Shown here: positions 53,328-64,000 of the stretch, piece after piece | Position numbering within the stretch: position 1 is the first letter of the stretch | Layout: every line of letters starts with the position of its first letter | Assembly: GCA_039028835.1 (NCBI GenBank) | Contig: JBCCHK010000004.1 | Span: 104,370 to 168,369, forward strand | Length of the DNA stretch: 64,000 bases | Reading direction: 5' to 3' | From: Pseudomonadota bacterium | GTDB taxonomy: Bacteria; Pseudomonadota; Alphaproteobacteria; JBCCHK01 | Program-made: the position numbers and the translations under genes | The notes under the pieces: model-generated | Databases searched by the model: none | The model's input: the letters and a program-made list of their open reading frames with translations, nothing else | Told to the model about the DNA's origin: nothing

Positions 53328-55784
53328 GTGAAGTTTTCTTTTTCTTGGCTTAAAAGACACCTGATAACCGATCTTTCCCTCCAGGATATCGCGACGCGCC
53401 TTACCCAGATTGGCTTGGAGGTCGAAGAGATCGAGGATCCGCGTGCGCGGCTGGCGGCCTTCGTCGCAGGTAAGGTCATCGAGTGTCGGTCTCACCCGAA
53501 TGCAGACCGCTTGCGGGTGTGCACCGTCGATGACGGGCAAAAACACTGGCCAGTGGTGTGCGGTGCGCCCAATGCTCGCAAAGGGATGGTCGGAGTCTTT
53601 GCCCGAGCAGGCTCGGTGATTCCGGTCACCGGGGAGGTGCTCAAGGCGGCTAAGATTCGCGGTCAAGACTCCCGCGGCATGTTGTGCTCGAGCTACGAGA
53701 TGGGCGTCGATGAAAATCACGATACGATCATCGAACTGCCGCAAGGTACCGCCCCTGGCACCCCCTATAGCGAGATTGCGGGCCTGGATGACCCGATTTT
53801 GACCGTGGCGATTACGCCAAACCGCGGCGACTGGGCTTGTGTGCATGGCATTGCACGAGATTTAGCTGCTGCCAGAGCCGGCACCTTGCGGCCCCTATCG
53901 CTGACGTCACCGTCGCCGACCGGTAGCCCTTCGGTTACCGTGCGGCTGGATTTTCCAGAGATCGACTCACCTATCGATCCATCACCGTGCCGGTTTTTTG
54001 CGTTGGCGTGTGTGCGCGGGGTGCGCAATGGGCAAAGCCCGCCGGAGATTCGGCGACTGTTGGAGTCTGCCGGGCTCCGCCCCCTTTCCTGCCTGGTGGA
54101 TGTCACGAACTTTTTTACCCTGGATCGTGCGCGCCCCTTGCATGTCTTTGATGCGGACAAGGTGTGCGGTGATATCGTCTTGCGCCTGGCGAAGGACGGC
54201 GAGCGGTTCGACGGCTTGGATGGTAAAAGCTATACCCTAGAGGCGGGCATGACGGTCATCTGTGATGACAATGGCATCATTTCTTTGGCGGGCATCATGG
54301 GTGGCATGAGCACCCGCTGTGATGAAAACACCACCGATGTGCTGGTAGAGGCGGCAGTCTTCGATCCCCGCCGCACGGCGGTCACGGGACGCAAACTGAT
54401 GATCCTGAGCGATGCGCGCTACCGCTTTGAGCGCGGCATCGACGAGGTGGCCACGGTGCCAGGTCTTAAGCAGGCTTGCGCCATGATAACAGACTTATGC
54501 GGTGGCCAGGTTGAGTCCTTCTTTGAAGTGGGCGATCACGCCCCGCCAGCGGGGACCATCGACCTGCCCGAAGGCTTCATTAAAAAGATGAGCGCGGTCC
54601 CCGTGCCCCTAGATCGTCAGGCCGAGATACTCACCGACCTTGGCTTTACCGTAAGCAAGAACGGTAAAGACAAAAACGGATCAGGCCTATCAGCGCAACC
54701 GCCGACCTGGCGGCACGACCAAGACCAGCCGATGGACTTGGTGGAGGAGATTTTGCGTATCCACGGCTATGAGGCTGTGCCGGTTTTACCGGTCCAAGCA
54801 ACGGCCCGCCCGTCGGCTCATCCAGACAGCAGGCGTGACGCGCGGGTGCGTTTGGCCCTTGCCATGCGCGGGCTGAATGAAACGGTGGCCTATTCTTTTA
54901 TGGCCGAAGATCAGGCCGCGCACCTGGCGCCGATCGATCCGCGCTTGCGCCTGGCGAATCCCTTGGGGGAGGGGAGCTATATGCGCCCGACGGCGGCCGC
55001 GCACTTGCTTGCGGGCTGTGCACGTAATCTGGCGCGCGGCGCAAGCCAGGTCGCGCTGTTTGAGATCGGTCCAGCCTACCATGGGCTGGCGCCCGAGGAT
55101 CAGGAAACTCAAGCGGTGATCGTGCGTTGCGGCGAGGCGACGGGGCGCCATTGGTTGGCGACGGCGCGCGCCGTCGACCTGTTTGATATGAAGGCCGATG
55201 CTCTGGCTGGGCTCGAGGCGGCGGGCGTTGCCCGCCATTCAGTGCAGTTTCACGACCTTAGCAACGATGACCCAAACGCAGGGCTTTATCACCCAGGCCA
55301 GCGTGGCGCATGGGTGCAAGGCCCTAGGGTCCTCGCTCGCTTTGGTATGGCCCATCCTGCTGTGGCGGCCGGGTGCGGACTAGAGGCTCCTGCGGGGTTG
55401 TGTGAGATTTTGCTCGATACGCTCACCCCTCGAGCGCGCAAGGGTTTTGCGCCCTATCGGCCGTCCAGTCTCCAGCCGGTTGCGCGCGACTATGCCTTTA
55501 TTGTGCCGACGGCGGTGGTCATTGAAGATTTGTTACGCTGTGTGCGGGCGGCCCTCAAGCCGACGAAGGACCTAACGATTGATCTGGCGATTGAATCGAT
55601 CGCTGTGTTCGATATCTATGAGGGTGCGCCGCTTGCAGATGGTGAGAAATCAGTGGCCCTCACGGTGACCTATCAGCCCACTCATCAGGCCCTAACAGAA
55701 AGCCAGCTGCAGAACCTTGAACAGGCGATTAGCAGCCGAGCGCACAAGGATTTGGGCGCTCGTTTGCGTGACGGTGGTCGCTAG
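53328..55784 (+). CDS. pheT: Phenylalanine--tRNA ligase beta subunit
   Basis: It begins MKFSFSWLKRHLITDLSLQDIATRLTQIGLEVEEIE, which is the canonical PheT N-terminus. B3/4 and FDX-ACB regions are present. No pheS lies upstream. Confidence 0.92.
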   Translation: MKFSFSWLKRHLITDLSLQDIATRLTQIGLEVEEIEDPRARLAAFVAGKVIECRSHPNADRLRVCTVDDGQKHWPVVCGAPNARKGMVGVFARAGSVIPVTGEVLKAAKIRGQDSRGMLCSSYEMGVDENHDTIIELPQGTAPGTPYSEIAGLDDPILTVAITPNRGDWACVHGIARDLAAARAGTLRPLSLTSPSPTGSPSVTVRLDFPEIDSPIDPSPCRFFALACVRGVRNGQSPPEIRRLLESAGLRPLSCLVDVTNFFTLDRARPLHVFDADKVCGDIVLRLAKDGERFDGLDGKSYTLEAGMTVICDDNGIISLAGIMGGMSTRCDENTTDVLVEAAVFDPRRTAVTGRKLMILSDARYRFERGIDEVATVPGLKQACAMITDLCGGQVESFFEVGDHAPPAGTIDLPEGFIKKMSAVPVPLDRQAEILTDLGFTVSKNGKDKNGSGLSAQPPTWRHDQDQPMDLVEEILRIHGYEAVPVLPVQATARPSAHPDSRRDARVRLALAMRGLNETVAYSFMAEDQAAHLAPIDPRLRLANPLGEGSYMRPTAAAHLLAGCARNLARGASQVALFEIGPAYHGLAPEDQETQAVIVRCGEATGRHWLATARAVDLFDMKADALAGLEAAGVARHSVQFHDLSNDDPNAGLYHPGQRGAWVQGPRVLARFGMAHPAVAAGCGLEAPAGLCEILLDTLTPRARKGFAPYRPSSLQPVARDYAFIVPTAVVIEDLLRCVRAALKPTKDLTIDLAIESIAVFDIYEGAPLADGEKSVALTVTYQPTHQALTESQLQNLEQAISSRAHKDLGARLRDGGR

Positions 55785-56100
55785 GGCGCATTGGGGGCTT
55801 TGGGGTTAGATTTTTATGGGCAGAAGGCTTGACGGGATGGGCGTAAGCAGGTAAATCTAAGACCTACAAAGGACAAATTGCGCTTATGGCGCACGTGAGG
55901 CCCTGTCTATGACCTATAGGCGGGGTGTTTCGTGTGCGTTGTGGGCTTTTTTTGACTTCTGGCATGCGGCCTGATGGATTACACCTCGCGTTCGGTTCGC
56001 CATCGCCCTAATAAAGGGATTGACGGTGCCGAAATCGCGGGCTTTGCCTGGAGGTCACTAAGGCACGATTCTCAAGAAGAGGATCACAAGGGCAGGGATC

Positions 56101-56535
56101 ATGGCCAAAAAAATCGTCGGCACGATCAAATTGCAGATACCTGCCGGAGGGGCGAATCCCTCCCCGCCCGTTGGTCCTGCCCTTGGCCAGCGCGGTTTGA
56201 ATATCATGGAGTTTTGTAAGGCCTTCAACGCCGCAACCCAAGACATGGACAAAGGCGTGCCGGTCCCTGTGCTGATTACCGCCTACGCCGATAAGAGCTT
56301 TACCTTTACCACCCGCACCCCGCCCATGGCCTATCTCCTTAAAAAGGCGGCGGGCCTGGACAAAGGTAGCGCGACGGTCGGGCGGATTCCCAGTGTGGGG
56401 AAAATCAGCAAGGACCAGGCCTTCGCCATTGCCGAGCAAAAAATGAAAGACCTCAATGCCTTTAATAAGGACGCGGCGCTGAAGATGGTGGTCGGTTCGG
56501 CGCGCTCCATGGGTATCGACGTGACCGGGGTATAA
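56101..56535 (+). CDS. rplK: 50S ribosomal protein L11
   Basis: It begins [44 protein letters not shown]. Confidence 0.95.
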   Translation: MAKKIVGTIKLQIPAGGANPSPPVGPALGQRGLNIMEFCKAFNAATQDMDKGVPVPVLITAYADKSFTFTTRTPPMAYLLKKAAGLDKGSATVGRIPSVGKISKDQAFAIAEQKMKDLNAFNKDAALKMVVGSARSMGIDVTGV

Positions 56536-56537
56536 TC

Positions 56538-57254
56538 ATGTCAAAACTCAGTAAACGCGCTCGCAACATCGCTAAGACCATCCCCCAAGGGCAGGACACG
56601 ACGTGGGCCGTCAAGGACGCCATCGAGTCTCTTAAAAAGGTCAGCGCGGTCAAGTTTGACGAAACCCTAGAAATCGCCCTGCGCCTCGGGGTCGATCCCC
56701 GTCACGCCGATCAGCAGGTGCGCGGCACCGTGCAGATGCCCCATGGCACCGGTAAGGATGTGCGTGTCGCTGTCTTTGCCCAAGGGGATGACGCCAAAGC
56801 CGCTCAAAAGGCCGGCGCGGACCTTGTCGGTGCCGATGATCTGGCGGCGCGAGTGCAAGAGGGCGACATGCCCTTTGATCGTTGTATTGCCACCCCAGAC
56901 ATGATGGTGCTGGTGGGCAAACTTGGCCGCGTCCTGGGCCCGCGCGGGCTGATGCCCAACCCGAAGCTCGGCACGGTGACCAAAGATGTCGCTGAGGCCG
57001 TGCGCGCCGCCAAGGCCGGCTCGGTAAACTTTCGCACCGACAAGGCCGGGGTCATCCATGGCGGGCTGGGCAAACTTAGCGCAAGCGCAGACGCCTTGAG
57101 CGACAATGTCGGCGCGTTCATGCAAGCGATCATCAAGGCCAAGCCCTCTGGCGCGAAAGGCAACTATATTCTCTCCGCGAGTTTATCCTCCACCATGGGC
57201 CCTGGTATGGCCCTTGATTTGGCGGGTCTGCACGCCAGCGGATCACCTAAGTAG
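56538..57254 (+). CDS. rplA: 50S ribosomal protein L1
   Basis: L1 family sequence is present ([19 protein letters not shown]...). Confidence 0.93.
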   Translation: MSKLSKRARNIAKTIPQGQDTTWAVKDAIESLKKVSAVKFDETLEIALRLGVDPRHADQQVRGTVQMPHGTGKDVRVAVFAQGDDAKAAQKAGADLVGADDLAARVQEGDMPFDRCIATPDMMVLVGKLGRVLGPRGLMPNPKLGTVTKDVAEAVRAAKAGSVNFRTDKAGVIHGGLGKLSASADALSDNVGAFMQAIIKAKPSGAKGNYILSASLSSTMGPGMALDLAGLHASGSPK

Positions 57255-57276
57255 CGAGGCTGTCAGGCAAACAATC

Positions 57277-57786
57277 ATGATTCGCGCACAAAAAGTCGAA
57301 CGGGTCAAAGCCCTCACCAAAGAGCTAGAAAACGCCGCGGGTGTTTTTGTGACTCGCGGCGAAGGGCTGGATGCCACGCAAACCTACGAGTTGCGTTGCC
57401 GTCTCAATGAAGTCGGCGCCCAGTTCCGGGTCGTCAAAAATCGGTTGGTGCGTATCGCGCTTGCTGATACCCCTGTTAAGGCTGTCGCCGACACGGTGGC
57501 GGGCGCCACGGCATTGGTTTTGGCCGAGGATCCGCTTGCTGCGGCTAAGGCCCTCACCAAGTTTGCCAACGATAACAAACAACACCTCACGCTTGTCTCA
57601 GGCGTTGTCGACGGCGAGCTCATCGACGAGACGACCATTAAGGCTTTGGCCGCGCTGCCGAGCCAAGATGAGCTTCGCGCTAAAATCCTCGGGCTTTTGA
57701 TGACCCCGGCGAGTCGCCTCGCCCGTGTCACGCAAGCGCCCGCCCAACACCTTGCCGCCGTCCTGGCGGCGCGCGCCGCGCAATAA
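57277..57786 (+). CDS. rplJ: 50S ribosomal protein L10
   Basis: The start is [13 protein letters not shown]. It lies only 22 nt after rplA. Confidence 0.88.
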   Translation: MIRAQKVERVKALTKELENAAGVFVTRGEGLDATQTYELRCRLNEVGAQFRVVKNRLVRIALADTPVKAVADTVAGATALVLAEDPLAAAKALTKFANDNKQHLTLVSGVVDGELIDETTIKALAALPSQDELRAKILGLLMTPASRLARVTQAPAQHLAAVLAARAAQ

Positions 57787-57814
57787 CCCAATCGCACCAA
57801 AGGAGTATGGTCTC

Positions 57815-58195
57815 ATGGCTGACCTGGCAAAATTAGTTGATGAACTTTCCACCTTGACCGTTATGGAAGCCGCCGAGCTTTCCAAACAGTTGGAAGAAAA
57901 ATGGGGCGTGACGGCCGTTGCCGCTGTTGCCGCCCCGGCCGCCGCCGCAGGCGCGGCAGGCACAGATGCTGCCGGAGAAGAGAAGACAGATTTTACCGTC
58001 GTGCTTGCTTCTGCGGGCGATAAAAAGATCAACGTGATTAAAGAGGTTCGCGCCATCACTTCGCTGGGTCTCAAAGAAGCCAAGGATTTGGTGGAAGGAG
58101 CCCCTAAGCCACTTAAAGAGGGTGTGAACAAGCAAGAAGCCGAAGAGATTAAGAAGAAACTTGAAGAAGCTGGCGCAACCGTTGAGTTGAAATAA
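57815..58195 (+). CDS. rplL: 50S ribosomal protein L7/L12
   Basis: It begins [32 protein letters not shown]. It has an Ala-rich hinge and the C-terminus [17 protein letters not shown]. An RBS aggagt precedes it. Confidence 0.95.
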   Translation: MADLAKLVDELSTLTVMEAAELSKQLEEKWGVTAVAAVAAPAAAAGAAGTDAAGEEKTDFTVVLASAGDKKINVIKEVRAITSLGLKEAKDLVEGAPKPLKEGVNKQEAEEIKKKLEEAGATVELK

Positions 58196-58201
58196 GACGC
58201 A

Positions 58202-58238
58202 CGAACCAAACGATTTTGGTCGCACGTCTCGTGCTTTT
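58202..58238 (+). terminator. Attenuator-like hairpin in the rplL-rpoB spacer
   Basis: The stems cgaaccaaa...tttggtcg and gcacg-tct-cgtgc are followed by TTTT. Confidence 0.4.
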
Positions 58239-58273
58239 CACAGCATTGTATCAACGCTAACAACGGTTCAGTT

Positions 58274-61200
58274 ATGGCAGGTTTCCAACGAATTCACAAA
58301 GCCCTTCGTAAGAGCTTTGGCCGCGTTTCTTCGGCCCTTGATATGCCGAATCTCATCGAAGTGCAGAGAAGTTCTTATGAGCAGTTCTTGCAGCACGGTA
58401 TAGAAGATAGAAAAGATATCGGCTTGCAGGCGGTTTTCCGTTCTGTCTTTCCCGTGCAGGATTATCTTGGCCGGGCCGAATTAGAGTTCATCCGCTACGA
58501 ATTAGAAGAACCCAAGTACGACGTCGACGAATGCCAACAACGGGGAGTTACCTATGCCTCGGCATTGCGGGTGACCTTATCCTTGACCATCTATGATGTG
58601 GATGAAGACACGAGTGTCCGCACCTTTAGGGAAAGCCGCGAGCAGGATGTTTACGTCGGTGATATCCCGTTGATGACCGAAAACGGGACTTTTATCATCA
58701 ATGGTACTGAGCGGGTGGTCGTCTCACAAATGCACAGATCACCCGGCGTCGTGTTCGATCACGACCGTGGCAAGAGTCACGCCTCGGGAAAATTTCTATA
58801 CAATGCGCGGATTATTCCCTATTGGGGAGCGTGGATCGATTTCGAGTTCGATCACAAAGACCTTTTGTATGTGCGGATTGACCGGCGGCGCAAGTTGCCT
58901 GTGACGACTCTGCTGCAGTCTTTACGCGATGAAAAAGCCGAAGACAACGTTGGGAGTGATAAAGCTGGTTTGATGGATCGTGCGGGTATCTTAAAACATT
59001 TCTATAGTTTTATTAAAGTCACCAAGGTCAAGTCTGGCGATTATCATGCGGCGTTCGAGGCCAAGCAATGGAAAGGCGTACGCCCCACCAAAGATCTGAT
59101 CGATGGGGCAAGCGGTGAGGTGCTCGCCAAAGCGGGCGAGCGCATCAGCAACACCAAAATAGAAAAATGGAAAAACATTAAAACCTATCAGATCGATCTG
59201 ACCGGCCATTATCTCGGGCACGATATTATCGATGGGAAAACCGGTGAAGTACTCGCCCTTGCGGGCACGGAAATCACCGACGATGTCCTCAAGGTCATGG
59301 CCGAGATCGAGTCTTTTGATATTGTCGCGGCCGACGATGCTTCGGTCGGGCCATACCTCTTGCAAACCCTTGCGATCGATAAAAACACTGTCCGTTCCCA
59401 AGCGCTGATCGATATCTATCGAGTCATTCGCCCGGGTGAGCCGGCCACCATCGAGGCCGCCGAACGGTTGTTTCATTCCTTGTTTTTTGACAGCGAACGC
59501 TATGATCTTTCCGCTGTTGGTCGGGTCAAGATGAATGCCCATCTGGGTCTTGAAACGGACGATCAAGTGCGCACCCTGCGTAATGTCGATCTGCTGGTTA
59601 TCATCAAAATGCTGTGCGAGCTTAAAGAAGGCCAAGGGGATATCGATGATATCGATAACTTGGGCAATCGACGGGTGCGCTCGGTGGGCGAGTTGATCGA
59701 AAACCAATTTCGCGTGGGCCTGATGCGGATGGATCGTACAATCCGCGAGCGTATGAGTTCGGCTGATTTTGATAAAATCACGCCCCATGATTTGGTCAAT
59801 GCCCGTCCGGCGGTGACCGCCGTGCGCGAGTTCTTTGGCTCGTCTCAACTCAGCCAGTTTATGGATCAAACCAACCCGCTCTCTGAAGTCACCCACAAAC
59901 GCCGCTTATCGGCATTGGGTCCGGGTGGCCTCACGCGTGAGCGCGCAGGTTTTGAAGTGCGCGATGTGCACACCACCCACTATGGTCGGATTTGTCCGAT
60001 TGAAACCCCAGAAGGACCGAACATCGGCTTGATTAACTCGCTCGCCAGTTATGCGCGTATCAATCGATACGGCTTTATCGAAAGCCCCTATAGAAAAGTC
60101 CAAAAGGGTAAAATTAAAGATGAGTTTGTCTATCTTTCCGCTGATATGGAAAAGGATCACACGATCGGCCAAGCCACCGACGGTTGGTCCCAAGAAGATG
60201 CCTTTGTCTCTGCCCGGCAAAACGGCGAGTATACCCAAGTCAGCAAAGACCAAGTGGATCTTGTCGATGTCTCGCCGATGCAAACTGTGTCGGTCGCGGC
60301 CTCGCTCATTCCCTTTTTGGAGAATGACGATGCCAACCGGGCCCTGATGGGCTCTAACATGCAACGGCAAGCCTTGCCTTTGCTCACTCCCGAAGCCCCG
60401 ATGGTGGGCACCGGCATGGAAGAAACGGTCGCCCGGGACTCCGGCGCTGTTATCATCGCCCGCCGTAAAGGCGTGGTCGATCAGGTCGATGCCTCGCGGG
60501 TCGTGGTGCGGATCACCGAAGAGGTGGCCGCTGACGAGTCCGCCGTGGATGTCTATCGTTTGCGCAAGTTTCATCGCTCTAATCAAAACACCTGCATTAA
60601 CCAGCGCGTCCTAGTCCAGCAAGGTCAGGCCGTGGAGCGCGGCGATATCTTAGCGGATGGTCCATCCACCGATCGCGGTGAGCTTGCCCTTGGGCGCAAT
60701 GTCCTGTGTGCCTTTATGCCGTGGCATGGCTATAACTTTGAGGATTCGATCCTAATCTCAGAGCGCGTGGTGCGCGATGACGTGTTTACCTCGATCCATA
60801 TAGAAGAGTTCGATGTCCTACCGCGTGATACCAAACTGGGGCCCGAAGAAATTACCCGTGATGTCCCCAACGTCAGTGAAGAGTCGCTGCGTCACCTGGA
60901 TGAAGCGGGCATTGTCTATGTTGGCGCCGAGGTTGGTCCAGGCGATATCCTGGTCGGGAAAGTCACCCCCAAAGGAGAGACTCCGATCACCCCGGAAGAA
61001 AAATTACTCCGCGCTATCTTCGGCGAGAAAGCCTCCCACGTCCGCGATACATCATTGTTGGTGCCCCCTGGCGTGCGCGGCACAGTCGTCGATGTAGCAA
61101 TTTTTTCCCGCCGCGGAGTAGAAAAAGACGAACGCTCCATTGCCATCGAGCGATTGGAAATCGAACGCCTGGCCAAAGATCGAGATGATGAGATCGTGAT

Positions 61201-62392
61201 CCTGAATCGATCGGTTGGCAAACGGCTGCGCGAGTTTCTCATCGGCGAGAAGGTTGTCAGTGCGCCAGGATCGATCAAGAAGGGTACGAACATCGATGCC
61301 GCCATGCTCGATGAATTGCCGATGAAAAAATGGCGTGAGATCAGCATCACAAATGAAAAGAAGATGGGCGATATCGAGGTCATCTTCAAAAGTGCCGATG
61401 CCGCGCGCAAGGATATTCATGCGCGTTTTACCTCCAAGGTCGATAAGTTGCAGCATGGCGATGAGTTGCCGCAGGGGGTGCTCAAGATGATTAAGGTCTT
61501 CGTCGCCGTGAAACGCAAAGTCCAGCCAGGCGATAAAATGGCGGGTCGGCACGGCAACAAGGGGGTCATCTCTCGCATCATGCCGATTGCCGACATGCCG
61601 TTTCTTGAGGATGGCACGCCGGTCGATGTCGTGCTCAACCCCCTGGGGGTGCCCTCGCGGATGAATGTCGGTCAGATTTTGGAAACCCACATGGGCTGGG
61701 CCTGTGTCGGGATGGGTAAGAAAATCCAACGCCTGCTCGACACTATGACGCAAGCCGCCAAGCGGGATGCGAATGCGTCTAAGGCAGCCCTCAAAGACCT
61801 TCGTAGCAACGTCCAAACGATCTATAAAAACACCTTGCATAATAAAGATGTTGCCGCCATGGACGATCACAGCATGGTCAACCTCGCGGATTCTTTGGTG
61901 CGCGGAGTGCCGATTGCAACGCCTGTGTTTGATGGCGCACGCGAGGCTGACATTGTGCAGATGATGGAGCTGGCGGGTGTCAACAGCGTCGGTCAAGAAC
62001 AACTGATCGATGGCCAAACCGGTGAGCCTTTCGATCGCCCGGTGACGGTGGGCTATATCTATATGATGAAGCTACACCATCTGGTGGATGATAAGATCCA
62101 CGCGCGCTCGACCGGACCCTATTCGCTGGTGACTCAACAACCGCTCGGCGGCAAGGCTCTGTTCGGCGGCCAACGTTTTGGCGAGATGGAGGTCTGGGCC
62201 CTACAGGCCTATGGCGCGGCCTATACCTTGCAAGAGATTTTGACCGTCAAGTCCGATGATGTGGCGGGCCGAACCCAAGCATACGAATCCGTCATCCGTG
62301 GCGATAATGATTTTGAAATCGGCTTGCCCGAAAGTTTCAACGTCCTGGTCAAAGAGCTCAAGGCGCTCGGCCTGGATGTGGAACTAAGCTAA
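58274..62392 (+). CDS. rpoB: DNA-directed RNA polymerase beta subunit
   Basis: It is 1372 aa. Conserved RpoB segments run throughout (for example the rif region [38 protein letters not shown]). Confidence 0.97.
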   Translation: MAGFQRIHKALRKSFGRVSSALDMPNLIEVQRSSYEQFLQHGIEDRKDIGLQAVFRSVFPVQDYLGRAELEFIRYELEEPKYDVDECQQRGVTYASALRVTLSLTIYDVDEDTSVRTFRESREQDVYVGDIPLMTENGTFIINGTERVVVSQMHRSPGVVFDHDRGKSHASGKFLYNARIIPYWGAWIDFEFDHKDLLYVRIDRRRKLPVTTLLQSLRDEKAEDNVGSDKAGLMDRAGILKHFYSFIKVTKVKSGDYHAAFEAKQWKGVRPTKDLIDGASGEVLAKAGERISNTKIEKWKNIKTYQIDLTGHYLGHDIIDGKTGEVLALAGTEITDDVLKVMAEIESFDIVAADDASVGPYLLQTLAIDKNTVRSQALIDIYRVIRPGEPATIEAAERLFHSLFFDSERYDLSAVGRVKMNAHLGLETDDQVRTLRNVDLLVIIKMLCELKEGQGDIDDIDNLGNRRVRSVGELIENQFRVGLMRMDRTIRERMSSADFDKITPHDLVNARPAVTAVREFFGSSQLSQFMDQTNPLSEVTHKRRLSALGPGGLTRERAGFEVRDVHTTHYGRICPIETPEGPNIGLINSLASYARINRYGFIESPYRKVQKGKIKDEFVYLSADMEKDHTIGQATDGWSQEDAFVSARQNGEYTQVSKDQVDLVDVSPMQTVSVAASLIPFLENDDANRALMGSNMQRQALPLLTPEAPMVGTGMEETVARDSGAVIIARRKGVVDQVDASRVVVRITEEVAADESAVDVYRLRKFHRSNQNTCINQRVLVQQGQAVERGDILADGPSTDRGELALGRNVLCAFMPWHGYNFEDSILISERVVRDDVFTSIHIEEFDVLPRDTKLGPEEITRDVPNVSEESLRHLDEAGIVYVGAEVGPGDILVGKVTPKGETPITPEEKLLRAIFGEKASHVRDTSLLVPPGVRGTVVDVAIFSRRGVEKDERSIAIERLEIERLAKDRDDEIVILNRSVGKRLREFLIGEKVVSAPGSIKKGTNIDAAMLDELPMKKWREISITNEKKMGDIEVIFKSADAARKDIHARFTSKVDKLQHGDELPQGVLKMIKVFVAVKRKVQPGDKMAGRHGNKGVISRIMPIADMPFLEDGTPVDVVLNPLGVPSRMNVGQILETHMGWACVGMGKKIQRLLDTMTQAAKRDANASKAALKDLRSNVQTIYKNTLHNKDVAAMDDHSMVNLADSLVRGVPIATPVFDGAREADIVQMMELAGVNSVGQEQLIDGQTGEPFDRPVTVGYIYMMKLHHLVDDKIHARSTGPYSLVTQQPLGGKALFGGQRFGEMEVWALQAYGAAYTLQEILTVKSDDVAGRTQAYESVIRGDNDFEIGLPESFNVLVKELKALGLDVELS

Positions 62393-64000
<1,608 letters not shown>

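Noticed and set aside
52568-53846. Minus-strand ORFs 52568..53194 and 52824..53846
   Set aside because: They are antisense to the AsmA-family and pheT genes, and pheT is unambiguous.
55785-56100. Possible L11/L1 leader or terminator (gtgggcttttttt at about 55945) upstream of rplK
   Set aside because: The T-run lacks a convincing upstream stem, and I cannot verify an L1-binding mimic without covariance model scanning.
59906-62017. Long minus-strand ORFs (226, 301 and 321 aa) inside rpoB
   Set aside because: They are antisense to rpoB. This is a typical GC-rich antisense artefact.

Overview
This is a high-GC chromosomal window that looks alphaproteobacterial. The F1-only atpHAGDC operon, the flgF-flgG-flgA-flgH order with a sigma54 promoter, and ctaC-ctaD-ctaB-ctaG all point that way. 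It is mostly housekeeping. The supportable genes are: a partial family-5 ABC substrate-binding protein, pal, osmC-like, tRNA-Phe, pgk, SURF1, clpB, a PP2C phosphatase, thiBPQ behind a TPP riboswitch, a CorC/HlyC transporter, aroB, a giant 1164-aa repeat protein, flgFGAH, pepA / NlpC-P60 / pepN, atpHAGDC, a DUF805 cluster with a CoxG-like protein, ahcY, nuoK and nuoJ, murJ, rpmF-plsX-fabH, gltD, ctaG / small ORF / ctaB / ctaD / ctaC, an AsmA-family protein, pheT, and rplKAJL-rpoB-rpoC (rpoC partial). I found no CRISPR array, rRNA gene, IS element or obvious prophage. Two things stand out as poorly characterised. First, a 1164-aa protein built from about six DUF1217-like repeats sits directly upstream of flgFGAH, and a near-identical copy of the flgF sigma54 promoter lies in front of it. 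Second, a membrane-protein cluster contains a single DUF805 gene, a secreted hypothetical, an unusual four-fold tandem DUF805 fusion and a tail-anchored CoxG-like protein. Many conserved gene partnerships are also broken. pal has no tolB, pheT has no pheS, rplK has no secE-nusG, nuoJK have no other nuo genes, gltD has no gltB, and the cta cluster has no ctaE or SURF1. This suggests a heavily rearranged genome. Several short tandem repeat arrays sit at intergenic junctions. All calls rest on the translated motifs in the ORF track and on reading the DNA directly. I ran no database searches.
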